From assembly GCA_902537235.1 (NCBI GenBank), contig CACBAO010000005.1, positions 19,951-83,950 on the forward strand: a DNA stretch of 64,000 nt. The letters run 5' to 3'. Below are positions 34,331-44,500 of this stretch, piece after piece. Below the pieces are notes generated by a model. It saw nothing but the letters and a program-made list of their open reading frames with translations, did not search any database and was not told the DNA's origin. The stretch comes from an uncultured Alphaproteobacteria bacterium (GTDB taxonomy: Bacteria > Pseudomonadota > Alphaproteobacteria > Rhodobacterales > Rhodobacteraceae). The translations under genes and the position numbers were made by a program. Each line of letters begins with the position of its first letter. Position 1 is the first letter of the stretch.

Positions 34331-37149
34331 TTATGAGCCTCGATAATCCAACGATTAATGAAAAAATATTTTTTACTTTAGATGGCAAACGTGTGGAAGC
34401 AACTAAAGGAGAAACCATTTGGCAAGTTGCTAAGAGACATGGGGTTACTATTCCACATCTTTGTTGGAAAGATGCTCCTGGGTATAGAGCGGATGGAAAT
34501 TGCAGGGCATGCATGGTTGAGATAGAGGGGGAAAGAGTCTTAGCGGCTTCTTGTGTTAGAATGCCTTCAGAAGGAATGTCGGTTATATCACAGGGAGAAA
34601 GGGTCAATAGTAATAGGAAAATCGTTTTTGACCTCCTTGCTTCAGATATGCCGATTAAAGAGCAGAGTCCAGACCCAGAAGCCCATTTCTGGACTCAAGC
34701 GAAAAATGCAGATTTTGAAAGCCCATCTTTTCCAAGCAGTAAACCAGGAGCAAAAAATGAAATTCCTGTAGATAGTATATTCCGCGACGCGTCACACCCA
34801 TCGATTGCAGTTAATCTTGACGCGTGCATAGCTTGTGGTCTTTGTGAAAGAGCTTGTAAGGAAGTTCAGGTTAATGATGTAATAGGTATGGCTAAAAGAG
34901 GTATTGATACAGTTCCTGTTTTCGACATAGAAGACCCTATGGGATCTTCCTCTTGTGTAGCATGTGGAGAATGCGTTCAGGCTTGCCCCACGGGTGCCCT
35001 GATGGAAAAGTCTTTGATGAATGCAGAATCAACTAAAAGAATAGCCTATCCGGAAAAAAAGATTGAAAGCGTTTGTCCATTTTGTGGCGTTGGATGTCGT
35101 ACTGAGGTAAGTGTAAAAGAAAATCGGATAATAAAAGTCGATGGCATTCAAGGTCCGGCGAATAGGGGTAAGCTGTGTGTCAAAGGAAGGTTCGGAATGG
35201 ACTATGTTATGCATCCTGAACGACTTACTAAACCTTTAATAAGAAGGACAGGTGTCGAAAAGAAACCAGACTGCGCATACGATTTTTCAGATATAAATGA
35301 AATTTTTAGAGAAGCAACATGGGACGAAGCACTAGATTTAGCTGCTTCAAAATTTTTGAAGATACTTGAGCAAAAAGGAGGCCAGGCGCTTAGCGGGTTT
35401 GGGTCAGCTAAAGGAACAAATGAAGAGGCTTATTTATTCCAAAAATTTATAAGACAAGGCTTCGGCACTAATAATGTCGATCACTGTACAAGGCTATGCC
35501 ATGCTTCAAGTGTTGCTGCTCTTATGGAAGGAATTGGGTCAGGGGCAGTATCAGCGCCTTTTACTGCTGCAGATGACAGTGACTGTATTATGATAATAGG
35601 AGCAAGACCGGAACAGAACCATCCAGTGGCCGCAACTTACTTTAAACAGGCAGCCAAAAACGGGAAAAAATTAATTGTTATGGATCCGAGGAAACAGGGT
35701 TTAATGCGTTTAGCAAGCCATCCTGTTGTATTCAATGCTGGTCGCGATGTTGCAATGCTTAATGCAATGATTAATGTAATAATTGAAGAAAACTTGTATG
35801 ACACACAATATATCCAAGCTAATGTGGATGGCTTTCAATCTTTGGCCGAGAACGTAAAGGATTTTACCCCAGAGGCAATGGAAGAAGTCAGTGGAGTTAA
35901 GGCAGAGTATATAAGAGAAATTGCACGAACATATGCTACCTCAAACAACAGTATAATTTTTTGGGGAATGGGTATCAGTCAGCACGTTCATGGAACTGAT
36001 AATGCCCGATGTCTCATAGCCTTATCGTTAATCACAGGTCAAATTGGTAGAAAAGGGACCGGGCTTCATCCTTTGAGAGGACAAAATAATGTTCAAGGTG
36101 CTTCTGACGCTGGCCTTATACCCATAACATATCCCGACTACAAGTCAGTTGAGAACTCAGATATGCGTAAGCATTATGAGGATGCATGGGGAAGATCTTT
36201 GGATCCTGTCAAAGGACTTACCGTAGTTGAAATAATGAATGCAATAAATGATGGCGATATATCCGGAATGTATATTATGGGAGAAAATCCAGCTATGAGT
36301 GATCCGGATCAGCGGCACGCTAGACACGCTCTTTCAAAACTAGATAACCTCGTAGTTCAGGACATATTTTTTACTGAAACAGCTTGGTTTGCTGACATAA
36401 TTTTTCCAGCCTCAGCTCAAGCAGAAAAGCTGGGTACATACACGAACTCTAATAGGCAGATTCAATTAGGTCGACCTGTATTAGAGATGCCGGGTGATGC
36501 GAGACAAGATTGGGAGTTGATAGTTGATTTAGCCAAAAGATGTGGGCTGAAATGGGAATATAATAGTGTTTCAGATGTTTACAAAGAAATGGCAGGTCAT
36601 ATGAGAAGTTTAGATAATATAAGCTGGGATCGTTTGGAGAAAGAAGGATCGGTCTGCTATCCAAGCTTTGGTCCTGACTTACCAGGAGAGGAGGTTATAT
36701 TTTTCTCTGGGTTCCCAACTGAGACAGGAAAAGCCAAAATTGTGCCAACCGACCTTCTTCCTCCAGACGAATTGCCAGATGAAAAATATCCTTTTGTCTT
36801 AACCACTGGTAGGGTACTAGAACATTGGCATACAGGTGCAATGACAAGAAGAGCGTCGATGCTAGAAGCACAAGAGCCTATTCCAGTCGTAAGTATGCAT
36901 CCAAGGGATGCAAAAATTCAGGGTTTCAACAGGGGTGACTGGGTTTGTGTAAAAACGAGAAGGGGAGAAGTTGAGCTTCAACTCAAGCTTGATAGGGATG
37001 TCAGTGAAGGGATGCTATTTATGCCATTTTGTTACGTTGAAGCACCTGCAAACTTCTTAACTAACCCACAACTTGATCCATATGGAAAAATTCCTGAGTT
37101 TAAATTCTCAGCAGCACAAGTAACTAGGTCAAAAAAAACGGCAAACTAA
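34327..37149 (+). CDS. fdsA: formate dehydrogenase alpha subunit (molybdopterin; Cys type)
   Basis: N-terminal 2Fe-2S and 4Fe-4S Cys clusters (CRACMVE, CIACGLCERAC, CVACGECVQACP, CPFCGVGC). The molybdopterin domain has HCTRLCHASS (Cys at the Sec/Cys position). The start overlaps the beta stop by 4 nt. Confidence 0.9.
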   Translation: MIMSLDNPTINEKIFFTLDGKRVEATKGETIWQVAKRHGVTIPHLCWKDAPGYRADGNCRACMVEIEGERVLAASCVRMPSEGMSVISQGERVNSNRKIVFDLLASDMPIKEQSPDPEAHFWTQAKNADFESPSFPSSKPGAKNEIPVDSIFRDASHPSIAVNLDACIACGLCERACKEVQVNDVIGMAKRGIDTVPVFDIEDPMGSSSCVACGECVQACPTGALMEKSLMNAESTKRIAYPEKKIESVCPFCGVGCRTEVSVKENRIIKVDGIQGPANRGKLCVKGRFGMDYVMHPERLTKPLIRRTGVEKKPDCAYDFSDINEIFREATWDEALDLAASKFLKILEQKGGQALSGFGSAKGTNEEAYLFQKFIRQGFGTNNVDHCTRLCHASSVAALMEGIGSGAVSAPFTAADDSDCIMIIGARPEQNHPVAATYFKQAAKNGKKLIVMDPRKQGLMRLASHPVVFNAGRDVAMLNAMINVIIEENLYDTQYIQANVDGFQSLAENVKDFTPEAMEEVSGVKAEYIREIARTYATSNNSIIFWGMGISQHVHGTDNARCLIALSLITGQIGRKGTGLHPLRGQNNVQGASDAGLIPITYPDYKSVENSDMRKHYEDAWGRSLDPVKGLTVVEIMNAINDGDISGMYIMGENPAMSDPDQRHARHALSKLDNLVVQDIFFTETAWFADIIFPASAQAEKLGTYTNSNRQIQLGRPVLEMPGDARQDWELIVDLAKRCGLKWEYNSVSDVYKEMAGHMRSLDNISWDRLEKEGSVCYPSFGPDLPGEEVIFFSGFPTETGKAKIVPTDLLPPDELPDEKYPFVLTTGRVLEHWHTGAMTRRASMLEAQEPIPVVSMHPRDAKIQGFNRGDWVCVKTRRGEVELQLKLDRDVSEGMLFMPFCYVEAPANFLTNPQLDPYGKIPEFKFSAAQVTRSKKTAN

Positions 37150-37226
37150 GTTTTGATTATACTTTATTAAATAAAGATAAACCCTATAGGACTTCGGTCT
37201 GATTTTATGATAGTCTTATTCCTAGC

Positions 37227-37303
37227 GGTGACGTAGCTCAGCTGGATAGAGCACCAGATTTCGGCTCTGGGGGTCGAGGGTTCGAATCCTTCCGTCATCG
37301 CCA
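37227..37303 (+). tRNA. tRNA-Arg (anticodon UCG), CCA encoded
   Basis: Folded by hand. Acceptor GGTGACG/CGTCATC, D arm GCTC-AGCTGGATA-GAGC (A20 present) and anticodon arm CCAGA-TTTCGGC-TCTGG (anticodon TCG at 37261-37263). Variable loop GGGTC, T arm GAGGG-TTCGAAT-CCTTC, discriminator G, then CCA. Confidence 0.85.
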
Positions 37304-38827
37304 TTAATTTTGTCCATTAATTAAGTCTAGATTAATTCCAAAATCAGTTTCTATTTGTCTTAATATCTCTGGGCTTAGGTGGCTCCTAAAATTGCTAGAA
37401 AGAATTTTTTCAAGGTTTTTTCTGGCTTCGTTTAACATTGTATTATCTTTTTCTTTCATCCATAACTCTGGCGATAACCTTTTTGCCGATTTTGGATAAT
37501 CAAAATCAGTACTCATTCTTTTCAAGGTATCAGACTCTCCTAAAAAGTGCTTGTCCCCCTCAATTACTTGCCTTATGGACTCTAAATCATCGGTTAGCGC
37601 TGGTACATCTATGCTACGCATTGAACTCAAAATTGATCCACATAGTTCATTATCGAGAACGAAAGATTCAAGGGATACTCCCATTAGACCGCTGAGCATA
37701 CCGCTTGCTTGTGTGACTAAATTTGCTCCTGACTGTGCTGAGGTTGCTATTGAGAGAGCTTTCTCATAACCTGCTTGGTAATCGGGAATATTGCTGTCTG
37801 ATGCACCAGCGATCGATGAGTTTGGGATCTTGTAGTAATGCATCATTTGACTAAGCAAAGAGGTGGTTTGTGCTTGCTCTCCGCTTCCTCCAGCCATTCC
37901 GCCTGTCCTTAGATCGGTTACCATAGCTCTTGGACCACAGATAACTTTTGAATCTGGATCTAAAAGCCAACATATTAATAACCCTGATAATGCCTCAGCA
38001 ATCGTTTGACAGACTGATCCAACAATGCTGACAGGGCTGGAAGCGCCTCGCTGTCCAAACACGTTTGCCATAACAGGAATTCCATATTTGACACTCTCTC
38101 TCATAACTTCGCACGCTTCAGTATCTAACCTAAGTGGAGGAATTATGAAATTGATATTTAAAGATAAAAACGGTGATCGCCTAAAAGCGTCTTCCCCACC
38201 AGCTATAAGATAGCAGACTTCGGCCAAGGGTTTTACGGTATTAGAGTTGGCGACGCTTGTCATGACATGTTTGTTGGTAGCAGATAAAGATATAACAGCT
38301 GTATAGATATCCATTAGGTGTGGGTCTGCAATATCTGTCAGTACCAAGGGCCTTGAAAAAAAACTCAGATTATCTAATCTATCAACAACTCGGGCTGCGT
38401 TTAAGAGATCTTTTCCTAAAGAGGGGCGATAAATTTTTTTTTCATAGTCCAAAATAAGCGGAGCAGCACCCCCTGTTCCAAAATAAACATTTCCTTTTGA
38501 CAGATCTAAGTAGTTCTCTAGATTTTGTTGATGCAATAAAATTTTGTTGTTGAACGATTTTAGGCACTGATCAATTAGCCCTAATCCAAAGCAGAACCGA
38601 TTATTTTTTCTAATAATCGTTTTATTATCAATAAAACTTTCTAAAAATTTCGGAAGTTGCTCAAAGCCTATTTCAGACAGAATGTGCTGCACCCCCGCAT
38701 GGATCTCGGCCTTGTCTTTTTCTGATAGTGTGTTGAGACTGTTGCTAAACACGCCTAAATTTTTAGAGTTATCAAATTCAATGCTCTCTTGAGCTCCACG
38801 GGAACGTGATCCTCTTCGTCGACTCAT
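37304..38827 (-). CDS. MttB-superfamily methyltransferase, non-pyrrolysine type (quaternary-amine/betaine methyltransferase-like)
   Basis: 507 aa with an Arg-rich N-terminus MSRRRGSRSRG. YFGTGGAAPLILD, ARVVDRLDN and NINFIIPPLRLDTEACE fit COG5598. The frame is uninterrupted, with no in-frame TAG. Confidence 0.85.
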   Translation of the reverse strand: MSRRRGSRSRGAQESIEFDNSKNLGVFSNSLNTLSEKDKAEIHAGVQHILSEIGFEQLPKFLESFIDNKTIIRKNNRFCFGLGLIDQCLKSFNNKILLHQQNLENYLDLSKGNVYFGTGGAAPLILDYEKKIYRPSLGKDLLNAARVVDRLDNLSFFSRPLVLTDIADPHLMDIYTAVISLSATNKHVMTSVANSNTVKPLAEVCYLIAGGEDAFRRSPFLSLNINFIIPPLRLDTEACEVMRESVKYGIPVMANVFGQRGASSPVSIVGSVCQTIAEALSGLLICWLLDPDSKVICGPRAMVTDLRTGGMAGGSGEQAQTTSLLSQMMHYYKIPNSSIAGASDSNIPDYQAGYEKALSIATSAQSGANLVTQASGMLSGLMGVSLESFVLDNELCGSILSSMRSIDVPALTDDLESIRQVIEGDKHFLGESDTLKRMSTDFDYPKSAKRLSPELWMKEKDNTMLNEARKNLEKILSSNFRSHLSPEILRQIETDFGINLDLINGQN

Positions 38828-38857
38828 AGAAGCGTTTTTTTTAATAGACTAAAAAGC

Positions 38858-39064
38858 TTAATCGACTTTTATATTAATGGCAGATTTACGGCCATCTTCG
38901 GAAGTCTCTATTTCAAAGGAAACCTCTTGGTCCTCATCAAGTCTTTTTAGACCTGCGGCCTGCACAGCGGTGATATGTACAAAAACGTCCTTGTCTTCAC
39001 CCTCTGGCGCTATGAAACCGTAGCCCTTTTTTTGGTTGAACCATTTTACGATACCTTTAGTCAT
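38858..39064 (-). CDS. cspA: cold-shock protein (CspA family)
   Basis: [16 protein letters not shown] (RNP1) and VFVHITAV (RNP2) are present. Length is 68 aa, and AAGGAG lies upstream of the start. Confidence 0.95.
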   Translation of the reverse strand: MTKGIVKWFNQKKGYGFIAPEGEDKDVFVHITAVQAAGLKRLDEDQEVSFEIETSEDGRKSAINIKVD

Positions 39065-39296
39065 ACTATATCTCCTTTGACCGTCTATATTTCCGATCTT
39101 TTAGTATGTATCTTAAGCAATAATCTCGATACATCAGATAGAATAGTAAAGCATAACCTATCCTCAAAAAATCGTTGATGATAGCGATAGACTAATTACA
39201 CCGTCTTTTCAATTTATTTTTTGTTATTTTAGTTTTTTTGTTAAAGTCAGTGATATCTCAGTAATACTTGAGAATTTTAAATTAAAGGAAATTACC

Positions 39297-40049
39297 ATGG
39301 TAAATAAAGTTGCGTGGATAACTGGGGCAGGGTCAGGTATTGGCGAGGCATCCGCTATTAAGCTTTCAGAAGAGGGTTTCATTGTTGTACTTTCTGGGAG
39401 AACTAAGGAAGCTCTTGAATCAGTGGCCTCAAAATGTAGAGGACAGGCTTCAGTAGAGCCTCTTGATGTCTCCAATTCGGAAGATGTGGAAGGTGTGTTT
39501 AAAAATATCATCTCAGACTACGGTCGAATAGATGTATTAGTTGCTAGTGCAGGTTTAAACGCGAAGAACAGAAACTGGCATAATGTGTCAGATGAAGATT
39601 TCGATCAAATTATAAAAATTGATTTGAACGGTGTGTTTTATACAAATCGCTTAGTGTTAGAAAAAATGAAGGAGCAAAGAGAGGGTTTAATTATAAATAT
39701 CTCATCTTGGGCAGGAAAATATGTGACTACACTTACAGGACCCGCATATACAGCAGCTAAACACGGGGTAAATGCTTTAACCGAAGGCATAAACATGGAG
39801 GCAGGTCACTTTGGTGTTAGAGCTTGTGCTATTTGCCCTGGTGAAGTGGCGACACCAATTCTTGATAAAAGGCCTATACCCGTCTCCAAAGAAGATAAGG
39901 AAAAAATGGTTCAACCGGAAGACTGTGCGGAGACTGTTGCATTTCTAGCTAAGCTACCTCCAAGAGTATGTATAAATGAGATTACTATTAGTCCTACTTG
40001 GAATAGACTTTATGTAGCTGGCCTTACAGATCAAATTCCAAAAAAATAA
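39297..40049 (+). CDS. SDR family oxidoreductase
   Basis: ITGAGSGIGEA, NISS and YTAAKHG (catalytic Tyr-x3-Lys) are present. Confidence 0.9.
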   Translation: MVNKVAWITGAGSGIGEASAIKLSEEGFIVVLSGRTKEALESVASKCRGQASVEPLDVSNSEDVEGVFKNIISDYGRIDVLVASAGLNAKNRNWHNVSDEDFDQIIKIDLNGVFYTNRLVLEKMKEQREGLIINISSWAGKYVTTLTGPAYTAAKHGVNALTEGINMEAGHFGVRACAICPGEVATPILDKRPIPVSKEDKEKMVQPEDCAETVAFLAKLPPRVCINEITISPTWNRLYVAGLTDQIPKK

Positions 40050-40056
40050 AATATAA

Positions 40057-40974
40057 ATGACCCAATTCTCACATCTGGCCCAGTCTATTTTCTGGATGCT
40101 AGGGGCTATGATCTCCTTCACTCTCATGGCAGTTTCAGGAAGAGAACTGTTTTCGTCTTTAGATACCTTTGAGATTATGCTCTATCGGTCATTAGTAGGG
40201 ATTTTTTTAGTCTTATCTTTTGGAAAATATTTTAATACTCTTAAGCAAATACGGGTGGAGAAGCTTTCGCTTCATTTCATACGAAACATAAGTCATTTTG
40301 GTGGTCAAAATTTTTGGTTTTATGCTATCGCATTGATACCTTTTTCTCAACTATTCGCCTTCGAGTTTTCAACCCCTCTTTTTATAGTGTTTCTAGCTCC
40401 TATTTTTTTAGGCGAGCTGTTAACAAAAGAAAAGCTTTTCGCAGCATCCATTGGTTTTGTGGGTATTATGTTAGTAGCAAGGCCCGATTTAAATGTTGTA
40501 AGCTGGGCCTTAGTTGCAGCATTTCTTCTACCTATTTGTTTTGCAGCAACAGCTATTGCAACGAAGTTACTGACCCGTACATTTAGTTTAACCTGTATAC
40601 TCTTTTGGTTGGTTATTATGCAAACGGTATTTAGTCTCATCTGCGCAGGGTATGATCTCACCATTAAAATACCAACAAAGTCCGATTTACCATTCTTACT
40701 TGTAGTTTCTGTTACAGGGTTGACTGCGCATCTATGCATGACAAAAGCATTCAGTTTGGCGCCAGTTTCTGTAGTAATGCCGATTGATTTCGTAAGGTTA
40801 CCTCTGATTTCTGTGGTAGGTTACCTGTTTTATAATGAAGTGCTAACATGGTACATAGTTTTGGGATCTGTATTAGTATTTCTCGGGAACTATATAAATA
40901 TAAAAGCAGAGGAAAGGGGTCAAAGTTATGAAAGAGTTTCAGGATCTGAAAGACAGTATCAGGACAGTGCCTGA
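40057..40974 (+). CDS. DMT superfamily (EamA-like) transporter
   Basis: About 10 TM segments in two EamA-like halves. The 3' end overlaps apt by 47 nt. Confidence 0.8.
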   Translation: MTQFSHLAQSIFWMLGAMISFTLMAVSGRELFSSLDTFEIMLYRSLVGIFLVLSFGKYFNTLKQIRVEKLSLHFIRNISHFGGQNFWFYAIALIPFSQLFAFEFSTPLFIVFLAPIFLGELLTKEKLFAASIGFVGIMLVARPDLNVVSWALVAAFLLPICFAATAIATKLLTRTFSLTCILFWLVIMQTVFSLICAGYDLTIKIPTKSDLPFLLVVSVTGLTAHLCMTKAFSLAPVSVVMPIDFVRLPLISVVGYLFYNEVLTWYIVLGSVLVFLGNYINIKAEERGQSYERVSGSERQYQDSA

Positions 40975-41461
40975 TTATCCAGTAAAGGGTGTTCAATTCA
41001 GGGATATTACAACCCTTCTTCAAAATAGAGATCTCTTTAAAAAGATGATTGATGGAATGACAAAACAATGGGCCGAAACACCTATTGATGCAATTTTAAG
41101 TATCGAGTCCAGAGGGTTTATAATGGCTGGAGCGCTGGCATTTAACCTTAATGCCGCTTTCGTTCCTTTGAGAAAACCACAAAAGTTACCCTTTCACACA
41201 TACAATGTTTCATATGAGCTAGAATATGGTGCTACGGATATGCATATACATAAAGATGCTTTAGATAATCACAAAAATCTTTTAATAATTGATGATCTCC
41301 TTGCTACAGGTGGGACAGTAATTGCGTCACTTGATTTAATCAGAAAATTTGAAGCCAAAAATATAGTTGGTGCAGGTTTCTTGGTAAACCTCCCTGCTTT
41401 AGGTGGATTTAAAAAGTTAGAAAATTTAGGAATTAAATCCAAATACTTAGTTGAATTTTAA
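40928..41461 (+). CDS. apt: adenine phosphoribosyltransferase
   Basis: IRTVPDYPVKGVQFRDITTLL and the PRPP motif LLIIDDLLATGGT are present. Confidence 0.9.
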   Translation: MKEFQDLKDSIRTVPDYPVKGVQFRDITTLLQNRDLFKKMIDGMTKQWAETPIDAILSIESRGFIMAGALAFNLNAAFVPLRKPQKLPFHTYNVSYELEYGATDMHIHKDALDNHKNLLIIDDLLATGGTVIASLDLIRKFEAKNIVGAGFLVNLPALGGFKKLENLGIKSKYLVEF

Positions 41462-41537
41462 AAAATCAATTCAAATTTGCAACGAATCGCTATTTAATTA
41501 TCATAGAGCTCATTAAAAACACCCGGGGGATATTGTC

Positions 41538-44500
41538 ATGGATAATAGCGATGCAATTTTAGCAATGATGGACGCTTTTGATAATGGAGGCCAAGGGTTG
41601 GCCGTTTGGGACCCGAAAGATAATTTGACTTCCTTTAATATCAATTACAAAAAAATATTTTTTAGTAATATGCATTTCAGCCCTGAGGTAGGGCTAAATT
41701 TTGGAAAGGCTTATGCTGACGCCGCGAAAAACCCAAAATTCACGCTTGATCCGGAAAATACAAAGCAAAGAATTGCACAAAGAGAACAAGCTAGGTTAGA
41801 CAAAAGGCCAATTGAAAGTGAATATGAAGTTGAACCCGGCAAATGGCTTCATGTCAAGGAAACAGCCTCTAATGACGGCCACATGATTACCGTTTTGACG
41901 GATGTAACTGCAAGAAAAACTAGGGAGATCATGCAATCGAAGCTTGCCGATGCTATTGATGCAATACCCTCACATGTAATGTTCTGGGATGAAAAAGAAA
42001 AGCTGGTTAAGGCTAATAAATTGGCAGTAAAAGAAAACTTAGAATACGAGGTGGAGTTGCGTGAAGGTATGAGTTACGCTGAGTTTCTGTCTTCTCAGTT
42101 CGAAAAAGGGGTTTACTCTACTCCCCCAGATTTTTCAATTAAGAAATTAGTTAAAAAACGTTTAGATGAAAGAAAAGAATTAACTTCGAAATCCAGAAAA
42201 GTACACTACAAAAATGGTAGAACGTTAATCAGAACTGAAAATAAGTTAGACCAAGGGGGCATTCTTACCATCCTAAATGATGTCACGGAGCTTGAGCAAA
42301 TAGAGGCAAAAGAAAAGCTGTTATCTTCTTCACTTGAAAATATGTCGTACGCTGTTGCTTTATGGGACAAAGACAATAGGCTTGTGAGGTTCAATGAAGC
42401 TCTTCGAAGAAATAATGAAAAGTTTGGAATGAAGACTGAGGTTGGAATTTCATTTGAAGATGCTTTGGAGCGCCAGGTAAAGGGTTCTTTTTATAACATT
42501 GCTGAAAGTGATAAGAAAGACTGGATTAATAAGGGATTAAAATACTGGAAAAATTTGAAAGGAGAACATACGGTAACCTATCAGCATCCAAATGGACAGC
42601 ATTCAATGGTTACCGATAAACGCCTCGATGATGGAGGAACTTTACAGATAATTTCAGATGTCACTTACTTAAAGAAACAAGAAAAAGAGTTAATCCGATT
42701 AAGAGAAGGGATCGATCAAATGCCCGATGGAATTGCTTTTTGGGATAACAAAGAGCAACTTATCTATGCAAATAAATCGATGCAAGACTGGCAAAATAAT
42801 GTGGGTTTCGAAATGCAGCCTGGGGCCAAAAAAAAGGACCTTGTCTCTAATCTAATTAGTAAGAAGATAATTAGAACCGAAAAGTCTGCTACTGAATTAG
42901 AAGAGTATTTTAAGTCAGTAAAAGTATCCGCTGCGCAACGTTCAAAATCAACTGACATACAGTTTTTTCTGGGGGATCAATTGCAGACTACAGCGGTAAC
43001 AGAAATAGATTTGAAAAATGGGGATTCAATACAGAGATTCTCTGATGTCTCGAGAGACAGAAAGAGAGAGGCAGAAATCAAGCGGGTATACGATGCATTA
43101 GAAAACTTTCCGACCGGTGCAATGCTTTGGGATAAAGAACACAAACTTATATTTGCAAATAGAGCTGCTCGAGAAATTCAAGAAAATAATGGTCTGAAAA
43201 TGTCTGTAGGTATCAGCCGGATAGATATGGTCAAAAATAGTATAAAGAACAATATTTTTGCTTTGCCGAATGATATAAAAACAGTTGAAAAATATGTTGA
43301 ATATTCTGTTCAAATGATGAGGGAGAATGAACAAGGTTTTGTGTTTTCTTTTAGCAACGAAAAGAATGCATTTTTAGGTACGAACATGCTGTTGGAAACT
43401 GGTGATTATATTCAAATTTATAATGATATTACCGAAATCAAACAAAAAGAAGGGGAGCTTACTCGTCTGAGAGACGGTATTGATCAAATGCAGTCTGGAG
43501 TAGCATTCTGGAATTCTGATGATGAGCTAATATACGCAAATAAGGTTGTGAGAGATTTCCAAGAAGCTATTGATTTTAAGATGGAGCCTGGCGTTAAGCG
43601 TATTGATATGGTTCGAAATAGTATGACAAAAGGCTCAACCAAGTATGAATTTGATAATGCAGAACAACAGCATAATGATTATGTAAGAAAAATGGATGAA
43701 GCTGGCTCAACAGGCATTAGTTACGAAGTCGAGATGGAAGTGGATGGTGAAAGAGGTTTTATGTTGAGTACAGGTTTTAGGTTGGATACTGGCGATTGGA
43801 TACAGACCTTTAATAATATCACTGATATAAAAAATAAGGATCTCGAATTGAATAGGCTTAGAGAAAGTGTAGATCAAATGCCTGATGGTTTGATGGTCTG
43901 GGGCAAAGAGGGGAAACTTGTATATGCAAATAAAATTGTTCGTGATGTCCAAGCCGCTATCGGTTTTGACATAAAACCTGGTGTTAATAGGCTAGACATG
44001 CTGAAAAATAATGTTGAGAAAGGCCTGTCCGATTATGGTATGTCAGTCGAGGAATATCAAAAACAGTTTTTAGCTAAGCTAAATGACGCGGGCGACGCAG
44101 GTATAAGTAGTGAGTTAAAAATGCAGTTTGAAGGTGAAGAGAGCAGTTTTATCTCAACAGCTTTCAAATTAAAAAACGGTGACTGGATACAGACTTTAAA
44201 AAATATCAGTGATATAAAGAAAAGAGAGGAAGAGCTTAAAAGAGTAACTGACGCAATAGAAATTATTCCAAACGGAATTGTAATCTGGGATAGCGAGCAT
44301 TCTTTGACTTTCTTTAATAAATTCGCTGCTAAAATAATGGAAGAGTGGGGCTGTCCACTTAAATTGGGTCTAATGAGAAAAGAACTGGTAAATAAATTGA
44401 TTTCCAGTGGCATAATAAACCTTCCTGCTGGTCAGAATGTTGATAGTTATATTGAAAACTCTTTATCAGCAATGAAGGATTCTGAGAATGGTTATAATAT

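Noticed and set aside
34327-37149. Possible selenocysteine (in-frame TGA) in formate dehydrogenase, given the nearby selD
   Set aside because: The ORF is uninterrupted and the catalytic position is encoded as Cys (RLCHAS). No split-gene pattern suggesting TGA read-through was seen anywhere in the window.
37304-38827. Pyrrolysine (in-frame TAG) in the MttB-family gene
   Set aside because: The 507-aa frame is continuous with no internal TAG, so this is a non-Pyl member. No pyl genes are present.
39065-39296. Long cspA 5' leader or cold-box element in the 232-bp divergent region
   Set aside because: It is plausible by analogy with other cspA genes. However, I could not identify a convincing promoter, cold-box sequence or conserved structure by eye.
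37227-41461. tRNA-Arg as the attachment site of a genomic island
   Set aside because: No integrase, transposase or phage genes follow the tRNA. I noticed no direct repeat of the tRNA 3' end. The downstream genes (cspA, apt, SDR) are housekeeping-like, and composition looks the same as the rest of the window.
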